A stretch of DNA of 64,000 nucleotides from assembly GCA_965249105.1 (NCBI GenBank), contig OZ252219.1, positions 3,634,941 through 3,698,940 of the forward strand, given 5' to 3'. Position numbers and translations under genes: made by a program. The notes under the pieces are model-generated. The model was not told the origin of the DNA and searched no databases. It saw only the letters and a program-made list of their open reading frames with translations. Shown here piece after piece: positions 56,491 to 64,000 of this stretch (positions are counted from its first letter, which is position 1; every line of letters begins with the position of its first letter). This stretch comes from Vicinamibacterales bacterium (GTDB lineage: Bacteria > Acidobacteriota > Vicinamibacteria > Vicinamibacterales > UBA8438).

Positions 56491-57417
56491 ATGAGCCAAC
56501 CTGACGAGCACGCGGCCGACCACGCCGAAGAGGGTTTCGACGCGGGCGAGATGATCATCAGTCACGTGGCCAACGGCGGATTCGACCATCCAATCGTTCA
56601 TCTCCGACCGCTCTTCGGAATCGACTTCTCGATCACCAAGCACGTCTTCATGCTCTGGTTAGTAGCGACGCTGGTATTCCTCGCCGTCACACTGACGACG
56701 CGTCGATACCTGAAGCAGGACCGCATGATTCCTTCGGGCTTCATGAACGCCCTGGAATTCTTGGTCCAGCTCATCCGCGACTCGATCGTGCTGCCCAACG
56801 TCGGGGCGAAGTGGGTCAACACCTGGACACCCTTGATCCTCACGTTGGCTGTGTTCATCCTGGGCGCGAACGCGATCGGTCTGATCCCGGTCTTCGATCT
56901 CCTTGGCCTGATCGACCACATCGTGCTACGCACGGAAGAGCATTCAGTCATCAAGAACATCGTCCATGGTGGCACCACGGCAACGGCAAACTACAACGTG
57001 ACAGCCGCACTGGCTACGATCACATTCGTGTCGATCATCATTGCCGGCTCGAAGGCGCACGGGTTCATCAGGCACTGGATCAACCTGGTCCCTCGTGGCT
57101 TGGCGTGGCCGATCTACATCCTGTTGATCCCGATCGAGGTGATGTCCATGTTCGTCAAGCCGTTCGCGCTCACGATGCGGCTGGCGGCAAACATGACCGG
57201 GGGGCACATCGCCATCCTGGCGATGCTCTCGTTTGTATTTGTGTTCAGCGAGCGATTCTCGAGCGCCATGGCGGGGATCGGTGTCGGTCTCGTGGTCTCG
57301 GTTCCGCTGGCTACCGGCATCATGGCCCTTGAAATCATCGTGGTGCTGATCCAGGCCTACGTCTTTACGCTACTTACAGCCGTGTTCATCGGAATGGCTA
57401 TCAACGTGCACCACTAA
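56491..57417 (+). CDS. atpB: ATP synthase Fo subunit a
   Basis: SITKH, KPFALTMRLAANMTGGH (essential Arg), IQAYVFTLLT. Confidence 0.96.
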   Translation: MSQPDEHAADHAEEGFDAGEMIISHVANGGFDHPIVHLRPLFGIDFSITKHVFMLWLVATLVFLAVTLTTRRYLKQDRMIPSGFMNALEFLVQLIRDSIVLPNVGAKWVNTWTPLILTLAVFILGANAIGLIPVFDLLGLIDHIVLRTEEHSVIKNIVHGGTTATANYNVTAALATITFVSIIIAGSKAHGFIRHWINLVPRGLAWPIYILLIPIEVMSMFVKPFALTMRLAANMTGGHIAILAMLSFVFVFSERFSSAMAGIGVGLVVSVPLATGIMALEIIVVLIQAYVFTLLTAVFIGMAINVHH

Positions 57418-57445
57418 TCGCGAGAAAAGAGGGAGGGTTACCTGC

Positions 57446-57667
57446 ATGGACGTCTTGCACTTATTTGGGGCCGGGATCGGCCTTGGACTGGTCGTTATCG
57501 GGGCCGGACTGGGCATTGGAAAGCTGGCCGCCGCCGCCGCTGACGGCATCGCGCGTCAGCCAGGCGCCGCCGACAAGATCACGGGCGCGATCAACCTGCC
57601 GCTCTTCCTCCTTGAAGGCGTCGCCATCATCGCCGAGGTTTTGATCCTGATGGTCGTCTTCAACTGA
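57446..57667 (+). CDS. atpE: ATP synthase Fo subunit c
   Basis: GAGLGIG, ARQP loop, LLEGV ion-binding Glu. Confidence 0.93.
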   Translation: MDVLHLFGAGIGLGLVVIGAGLGIGKLAAAAADGIARQPGAADKITGAINLPLFLLEGVAIIAEVLILMVVFN

Positions 57668-57683
57668 CGCCAAGGAGCAGTGA

Positions 57684-58184
57684 ATGGATAACCTCGTCCA
57701 GCCCGACCCGGGGCTGTTCATCTGGACGATCTTCACCTTCCTGGTGTTGCTGTACTTGCTGGCGAAGTTCGCCTGGAGGCCGCTCCTCGCGGCACTCGAG
57801 AGCCGGCAGGAGGACATCCGCAAGTCACTGGACGACGCGGACAGGGCCAAGAAGGAGTTAGAGCACGTCCAGGAGGAATCGAACCGGATCGTCTCGAAGG
57901 CCCGAGCAGACGCCGACGCCATTATCGCCGGCAGCCGCGTCGACGCCCCGAAGCTCCAGGATGAGCTCAAGCGGAAGGCCCGAGCGGAAGCGGACGGCAT
58001 CATCCTGAACGCCCAGAAGGAGATTCAGCGGCAGACTGACCAGTCCTTGACTCAGATCCGCGAGGAGGCGGTCGACCTGTCCCTCATGATCGCCTCGAAA
58101 CTGATCCAGAAGAACCTGTCCAAGGAAGACAACGACAAGCTGATCGAGGACGCCCTCAGTCAGGTCCAACCGCCCCAGGCCTAG
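57684..58184 (+). CDS. atpF: ATP synthase Fo subunit b
   Basis: PGLFIWT..LLAKFAWRPL..ESRQ, charged coiled coil. Confidence 0.93.
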   Translation: MDNLVQPDPGLFIWTIFTFLVLLYLLAKFAWRPLLAALESRQEDIRKSLDDADRAKKELEHVQEESNRIVSKARADADAIIAGSRVDAPKLQDELKRKARAEADGIILNAQKEIQRQTDQSLTQIREEAVDLSLMIASKLIQKNLSKEDNDKLIEDALSQVQPPQA

Positions 58185-58228
58185 GAGCCTCTATTGGGCC
58201 TGAGGCCCTTCGTAGGCTAAGATGCCAG

Positions 58229-58996
58229 ATGAGCATTTCGCCCGACGAGGTTCAGGCAAAAGGAGAACCGATGGCACTGGCGAGTAGGATGATCGGCGGC
58301 TGCGCGCTCAGCGTTCTGGGAATGGTGTTCGCCCTACCGGGGATGGCGTACGCAAAGGCGGACGAGACCCCAACCTACACGAAGGATGTGGCGCCGATCT
58401 TCCGCGAGAAATGCGAGGCCTGTCACCGGCCCGGCTACATCGCGCCTATGTCGCTGCAGACCTATGCTGAATCGCGGCCCTGGGCTCGTTCGATCCAGAA
58501 CCGTGTCGCAACACGTCAGATGCCGCCCTGGCACATAGACAAGTCGGTTGGCATCCAAGATTTTCAGAACGATAGGTCGCTTACGGATACGCAGATCGCC
58601 ACCATCGTTCGATGGGTCGACGGTGGCGCCCCCCAGGGAGACCAGGCAGACCTTCCGCCGGCGGCCGTCTTTGCCGACGACGACGTCTGGAACTTCGCGG
58701 AACGGTTTGGCGGACCGCCGGACCTGATCATCAAATCGCCGCCGCACACCATGCCGGCCTTGGCCCAGGACCACTGGTGGAAACCGGCTGTGCCAACCGG
58801 CCTGACCGAAGACCGCTGGGTCCGCGCTATCGAGATCCGGCCATCGACGTCGGACGGCCGTCGCATCACGCATCACGCGCTGGCCAGGCTGCGACGAGAT
58901 CGCCATTCCGCCGAGTCCATCGAGCCACGGTTTCGCGGTGCTCGGGAGGCTCAGTGCAAACCGTTGGACAGGTCTAACGTCATCATCCCCGCCTAG
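58229..58996 (+). pseudogene. Exported CxxCH-containing protein, truncated near 58892
   Basis: PTYTKDVAPIF..CEACHRPG..APMSL..RQMPPW..DRWVRAIEIRP..HHA, then reads into the antisense of the kinase. Confidence 0.7.
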
Positions 58997-59968
58997 CAGG
59001 GCGGCCCCAATCGCCACGCCGGCAACCAGGGCTATGCCGCCAACGACGTAGAGCAGAGAGCGCTGCCAGCCAGCGGTTCCAGAGGATTCCGCCGCGCTGG
59101 TTGGTCGCAGCAGGCTTTCAAACGCTCCCTCCATTGCCAGCTGCACGTCGCCAATATCTCGAACGCGACGCGCTCGGTCTTTCTCGAGACAGGCGTGCAG
59201 GATCTGAGTGAGTCGGGGAGCTGTGTCGGCGGGCAACGCATCCCACGCTGGCTCGCTCTTCATGACTGCTGCAATCGTGTCGGTGAGGTCCTCACCGGGG
59301 AACGCCCTGCGCCCCGTCAGCATCTCGAACAACACCGCACCGAATGCCCACACGTCTGCTCTCTTGTCTACCGTTCGACCCTTCGCCTGTTCAGGGGCCA
59401 TATACGCCGCCGTCCCCATGATCACGCCCATCTGGGTGGCAGCAGCAGTGAGGGTCGGCGACAGCGAGGGATCACCTTGCGGTGTTGTGTTCTGGGCTTT
59501 GGCGAGGCCGAAGTCCAGCACCTTGACGGTCCCGTCATCTCGCACCTTGATGTTGGCCGGCTTCAGGTCGCGGTGAATGACACCGGCTTCATGCGCCGCT
59601 TCTAGGGCCTCAGCGATCTGTTTCGCGATGGGTAGGGCTTCATCCAGCGGGATCGGTCCTTTGGCGATGCGATCAGCCAGCGTTGGCCCTTCGATCAACT
59701 CCAAGACGAGCGCCCGCGTGTCGCCCGACTTCTCTAGCCCGTAGATCGCGCCAATGTTGGGATGGTTGAGCGAGGCCAGCACCTTCGCTTCACGCTCGAA
59801 CCGAGCCAGCCGGTCGGGGTCTGCGGTGAAGGCGTCGGGTAGCACCTTGAGGGCTACGTCCCGGTCGAGGGTCGTGTCGGTGGCCTGATAGACCTCGCCC
59901 ATGCCGCCTTCGCCGATGAGGGCGGTCACGTCGTAATGGCCGAGGCGGGAACCGACTTCGAGCGCCAT
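58892..59968 (-). pseudogene. Hanks-type Ser/Thr kinase with TM helix; C-terminal propeller lost at ~58892 (ORF reads on to 58334)
   Basis: GEGGMGEVY, VALKVL, HRDLKPAN, DFGLAK, GTAAYMAPE intact; family-like sequence stops at GGMAIS. Confidence 0.8.
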
Positions 59969-60060
59969 GATCTAAGGATGGAGAACTGGAGGCCATTCTA
60001 TGCCCAAGCTATGGTTCGCTCCAGTTTGACAGTGCCAGCCGTGGCCTATAGCGTCCGCCC

Positions 60061-60420
60061 ATGGACGTGTCGGAGCTCACACCCGAGCAGCTTGAGAAGC
60101 TACATCAGGCTCTCGAGCGCGATCGACTACGCCTGGAAGAACACCTCCAGCTCACCAAAGAGGGCTCGAAACCCGTCCAGATCGGCACCCCGATGGGGCG
60201 TGTCTCGCGCATGGACGCCATTCAACAACAGCAGATGACCAAGGCGGGCCGCGCCTCGCTCGACATCAAGCTGCGGCAGGTCCGCGCCTCGCTCGAGGCG
60301 TATCGAAAAGGTGACTACGGCTACTGCCGTTCCTGCCACGAGCCGATCGGATACCCACGGTTGAAGGCTCGTCCCGAGGCACCGTTCTGTTTGAACTGCC
60401 AGGACACCAGCGAGTCTTGA
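60061..60420 (+). CDS. TraR/DksA family C4 zinc-finger protein
   Basis: GRVSRMDAIQQQQM, YGYCRSC..RLKARPEAPFCLNC. Confidence 0.9.
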   Translation: MDVSELTPEQLEKLHQALERDRLRLEEHLQLTKEGSKPVQIGTPMGRVSRMDAIQQQQMTKAGRASLDIKLRQVRASLEAYRKGDYGYCRSCHEPIGYPRLKARPEAPFCLNCQDTSES

Positions 60421-60905
60421 ACGACCTCGGCACACGCCCAGTTGGTGTACAGCGAGATGACCCGAGCGGACACTCGGCTAGACAGAACGCAGTCGTGCCG
60501 CCCAACCGCCTCTGCGAAGCTTGCGTACGCTTTCTGACGGCATTTCGAGTCGTGAGGCGACTCAGGCTAGGTCGGGACGGAGATCGTGCGGGAGAACCCG
60601 TGCGTGCGCTTTGTGGCGAGACGGCTCAGTGCAACGTGTTGCACTCGCCACATGTGAGGCGGGCTTCAACTATCAGTCGACGGGCACGTCACCGAGGCCT
60701 AGGGTCGTCGTTTCGTGAAGTGGCGAGCGCACAGCGCCAAAATGTGTGTCGCGTAGCACAGGCCGGCGCTATGAGCGTCTAGAATCACGCACAACCTGCG
60801 CCATCGTCACTCCGCTTGACGCCCGCTTCAGATCTACCTGAGGGCAACCCGTTGCTCAAGGATAAGCGGAGCGAGCGGTCGGCGATCCGGAGGGAGCGGC
60901 AAGAC

Positions 60906-61814
60906 ATGCACCATGTCCAGGTTCATTACGTGGAGCACCACGACGCGAACATCGACATCGGGCCGCACGTGTTCCGGACCGAGAAGTACGGAATTGTCCC
61001 GCGCGTGCTCAGGTCAGAACTCGGGGTCGGGGACGAGCGTTTTCATTCGGCCAACAGGCTCGAGGAGGACGATTTGGCTCGGGTTCACACAGCCGCGTAC
61101 ATCTCCGACCTGCAGCATGCCCGTACCACCCCGGCCACTGCCGCCAGCGAGCTGCCGGTCAACCGCGCCGTCATCCAGGGGTTCTTGGCCATGACGGGTG
61201 GCAGCATCACGGCGGTTCGACTCGCCCTCGTGCACGGCATCGGCTTTCACCTCGGCGGGGGGTTCCACCATGCCTTCTCAGACCACGCCGAGGGCTTCTG
61301 CTACGTCAATGATGTGGCCGTCGCTATCGAACGCAGCCGCGCCGACCGAACGCTGGGTAAGGTGCTGATCGTCGACGTGGACGTGCACCAGGGCAACGGC
61401 ACGGCGGCGATCTACGCGCACGACTCCGACATCTTCACCTACTCCATCCATCAGGACCACAACTACCCGGTCAAACAGCGCAGCGACTTCGACCGCGGCT
61501 TGGTGGACGGCCTCGAGGATGCAGAGTATCTGCGGATCTTGGCCTCTGACCTGGACGCGATCGCGCTGCGCTTTGCTCCGCAGCTGGTCTGCTATTTAGC
61601 CGGCGTCGACCCCTACGAACACGACCAACTCGGGGGTTTGAGACTCACGCAAGAGGGCCTCCAGCGACGCGATCGCTACGTGTTCGACCGGTTCGTCCAG
61701 CGTGGGATACCCATCGCCGTGCTGCTCGCCGGAGGCTACGCCCGAACCCCACAAGAAACCTCCATGCTTCACGCTGGCACCGCACGAGCCGCCGAGGCAG
61801 CGTGTGTGGCATAG
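60906..61814 (+). CDS. Histone deacetylase family (Zn-dependent) protein
   Basis: GGGFHHA, GFC, DVDVHQGNGT, GVDP, LAGGY. Confidence 0.92.
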   Translation: MHHVQVHYVEHHDANIDIGPHVFRTEKYGIVPRVLRSELGVGDERFHSANRLEEDDLARVHTAAYISDLQHARTTPATAASELPVNRAVIQGFLAMTGGSITAVRLALVHGIGFHLGGGFHHAFSDHAEGFCYVNDVAVAIERSRADRTLGKVLIVDVDVHQGNGTAAIYAHDSDIFTYSIHQDHNYPVKQRSDFDRGLVDGLEDAEYLRILASDLDAIALRFAPQLVCYLAGVDPYEHDQLGGLRLTQEGLQRRDRYVFDRFVQRGIPIAVLLAGGYARTPQETSMLHAGTARAAEAACVA

Positions 61815-61856
61815 CGTGTGTCAGCCCGCCGGACGGCGCAGGTGAGCCATCCGGCT

Positions 61857-62036
61857 TCAGTGTGACATCCGCTGCTTCAGATCGGGATCGGCCGCGACGT
61901 GTTCGGGCAGCACCTTGGTGGCGACGGTGCGGTCCAACCGGGTATCGGTGCCCTGGTAGACCTGCCCCATGCCCCCCTCGCCGATGAGGGCGGTGACGTC
62001 GTAGTGCGCGAGGCGGCTACCGACGGTTAAGGCCAT
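61857..62036 (-). pseudogene. Ser/Thr kinase 5' stub (59 aa)
   Basis: Hand translation [59 protein letters not shown]. Confidence 0.85.
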
Positions 62037-62275
62037 AAGTTGTACGAGTTAGCCCGATTCAGCGCCATGATAACGAAGCCGGTGAGGTGGCGCACTTCTC
62101 CCCCGCTCTATACGTGCAAACGACAGGAAAGAAGGCTCGGGCCGTACTGGCGGGAGTGCCACCGGTGCCAACTGGCTGATCCCGATGCGACGTGTCGTTC
62201 AGGGCAACGTGCTGTGGGACAGCAAGTTAGGTTCGGCCGAGTTTTGGCACAGCACGGGGTGGTTTCAGAGTCAAA

Positions 62276-63019
62276 TCACGGTTTGGTTGTGACCACAGCC
62301 GCCAGCGCGTCCCGTTCCTGGCGACTCACGCGCCGACCGTGCAGCGGATGCATGACAGGCAGCAGGAAGTAGGCGAGGCCGGCAAAGCCCTGGTACGGCG
62401 ACGGAAGCCCGAGCGCCAGGACGACCGAAGCTAAGCCGACGCCGGCCTGGATAAGGTGGGTCGCCACCAGACCCCGCGTGAGGACGACCTCCACGTCGTT
62501 GAGCTCGAGCTCTTGACGCCGCTTCAGCGCCTGCGCCGCCATGAGGGCGAGCAGCACGTACATGGCGACGAACCCAATTCCATAGATCGCCAGCAGCGTT
62601 CCGACCGATCGCGGCCCAAGGCCGAATTGTTCGACCGCTGGCTGCCCCCCTGCGGTCACCCACGCGGTCAGAAACGCCCACATGAACTTGAGCGGGTAGA
62701 CGTAGACGAGCACGACAAACAGCAGCGACAGGTTGAGCAGCGTCGTCGGCCCGTCCTCGAGGCCGTAGCGGCGGAAGTGGATGAAGTGGAAGTACCAGAC
62801 CAAGACGATGAGTACGAAGCTGAGGGCGAACGCCGGCAATGCCTGCATTGCCGCGATGAACTCACCATAGGAATTGGGTACCTCGGCCGAGACCACCAGC
62901 AGCGTTACAGACAGCGCGAACACAGCGTCGGCGAACGCCTCGATACGCGAGACTTGCCCGCCGCGCCAACGGAAGTTCTTCTCGAAGGGAATCTTGTGCT
63001 GCAGGTAGCTCCAGTCCAT
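62276..63019 (-). CDS. TMEM175 (DUF1211) family potassium-channel-like membrane protein
   Basis: SRIEAFADAVFALSVTLLV motif (RxxxFSD variant), multiple TM segments. Confidence 0.85.
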   Translation of the reverse strand: MDWSYLQHKIPFEKNFRWRGGQVSRIEAFADAVFALSVTLLVVSAEVPNSYGEFIAAMQALPAFALSFVLIVLVWYFHFIHFRRYGLEDGPTTLLNLSLLFVVLVYVYPLKFMWAFLTAWVTAGGQPAVEQFGLGPRSVGTLLAIYGIGFVAMYVLLALMAAQALKRRQELELNDVEVVLTRGLVATHLIQAGVGLASVVLALGLPSPYQGFAGLAYFLLPVMHPLHGRRVSRQERDALAAVVTTKP

Positions 63020-63086
63020 GACTCGGCATCCTGATTGTCGTGTTGACTCCGGATGGTTAGTTCGTACGACCCGCACCTCGGTTGGG

Positions 63087-63209
63087 CTACCGCGCCACTT
63101 GCCGGTTCAGCTTGGTATCAGTGGCCTGATAGACCTGCCCCATGCCGCCCTCGCCGATGAGGGCGGTCACGTCGTAATGGCCGAGCCGGGAGCCGACGGT
63201 CAACGGCAT
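63087..63209 (-). pseudogene. Ser/Thr kinase 5' stub (40 aa)
   Basis: Hand translation [40 protein letters not shown]. Confidence 0.85.
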
Positions 63210-63248
63210 GGGTTGGGGGAATTGGCCCTGGTGCTGCGTCTCGCCAGA

Positions 63249-63659
63249 CTACTTCCATTCCCAGCACTTGTTCACGGCGTTCCCATCGGCTGTGACCTCG
63301 TAGTTGCCGACAAGACCGATGCTGTTCAGATCGACATACTTCGCGGCGACGGTGTGGACGTGGAGCATCGTACGAAACTTGGTTGGGTCACCAGGCGAAG
63401 GGGCCTGCCCAGAACCATGCCCGGTCAATTGGAGCACGTCGCCAGCTTGGGTGGTCAACACTCCGTCGCCGTGCCCGTAGATCGAACCATCGGGCCTGAT
63501 AAGCTGCCAATACGTCCAGAGGGTGGATTCCGCCACTCCCCGAATGGTTCCCGTGGTCCGAAGACATACCTCAATTTTTGTGCCTGACGCATCGTTGGAC
63601 ACGACACGAATGCCGGTCACCGTACCAGTTTCCTCGAGAATGAGATCACCTAGAGCCAT
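63249..63659 (-). CDS. Hypothetical beta-rich protein
   Basis: Strong AAGGGAGG RBS, non-repetitive 136-aa ORF ending CWEWK. Confidence 0.75.
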   Translation of the reverse strand: MALGDLILEETGTVTGIRVVSNDASGTKIEVCLRTTGTIRGVAESTLWTYWQLIRPDGSIYGHGDGVLTTQAGDVLQLTGHGSGQAPSPGDPTKFRTMLHVHTVAAKYVDLNSIGLVGNYEVTADGNAVNKCWEWK

Positions 63660-63717
63660 CGACTTCCTCCCTTTTTGAACGAGTTCACGAAGGTACCGGT
63701 CGCTAGACTGACACCTC

Positions 63718-63867
63718 TCAGGACGTCCTCCCTTTCGGCAAGACCTTCAGCGCCACGTCCCGGTCGAGCTTGGTGTCTCTGGCTCGATACATCTGGCCCA
63801 TGCCGCCTTCGCCGATCTTGGCGGTGACGGCATACGGGCCGAGGCGGGAGCCGGGGCCTAGGGACAT
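63718..63867 (-). pseudogene. Ser/Thr kinase 5' stub (49 aa)
   Basis: Hand translation [49 protein letters not shown]. Confidence 0.85.
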
Positions 63868-63869
63868 GG

Positions 63870-64000
63870 TCAGTTCACTGGCACCCGCGCAGTGAGTTCC
63901 TCGAACCAGTTGAGCACGACGGTGATCGCAGGTTGTGCCGAATCTTCTGTGTCGTCCTTGAGCAGCAGGAACCGCTCCCCATGGGGATCGACGGCGATGC
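63870..64000 (-). CDS. C-terminal end of a probable kinase-associated beta-propeller protein (continues beyond window)
   Basis: Hand translation ...[14 protein letters not shown]...[19 protein letters not shown]; stop lies 2 nt before the next stub's ATG. Confidence 0.75.
   Translation of the reverse strand, partial: IAVDPHGERFLLLKDDTEDSAQPAITVVLNWFEELTARVPVN

Noticed and set aside
58334..58891. Genuine overlapping antisense genes
   Set aside because: Better explained by read-through after a deletion or assembly junction
62150..62260. TGGCAC/GTGCCA hexamers as a sigma-54 promoter or integrase arm sites
   Set aside because: No TTGC at the -12 spacing and no integrase nearby
63018..63587. 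Plus-strand ORF containing [20 protein letters not shown] (and similar ORFs near 59936 and 61802)
   Set aside because: Antisense shadow of the kinase 5' sequence and the neighbouring genes

Overview
This is a GC-rich bacterial chromosome segment, most likely Acidobacteriota (Vicinamibacterales-like). That placement is inferred from the RpoD N-terminus, the Ser/Thr kinase family ending VVLNWFEEL, and the gene order. Bases 1-58200 are mostly housekeeping: a TonB-dependent receptor, an IS630 element, thiC, rpiB-glyA-dinG-yggS, lepA-lepB, citrate synthase, larB-mutS2-dnaG-rpoD-tRNA(CAT), acpS, a dcw cluster (mraZ to ftsZ, without murB or ddl), ychF, murJ, a rhomboid protease, a fused 2-oxoacid dehydrogenase E1, and an Fo-only atp cluster. 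Three things stand out. (1) Four dispersed 163-164 bp long-hairpin elements have arms that differ between copies but stay self-complementary, around a shared ~56-nt core; their TAG/CTA ends supply stop codons. (2) An ECF sigma factor is coupled to a zinc anti-sigma (ZAS) domain fused to an O6-alkylguanine DNA alkyltransferase, a candidate Ada-independent alkylation sensor. (3) In the right-hand accessory region (58.2-64 kb), unrelated cargo genes alternate with short, same-strand 5' stubs of a Ser/Thr kinase gene, resembling a cassette array. There is also a candidate ~115-nt structured RNA upstream of the zinc-ribbon gene, and two deletion junctions that could be real or assembly artefacts. 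All calls come from reading motifs by eye; no searches were run.
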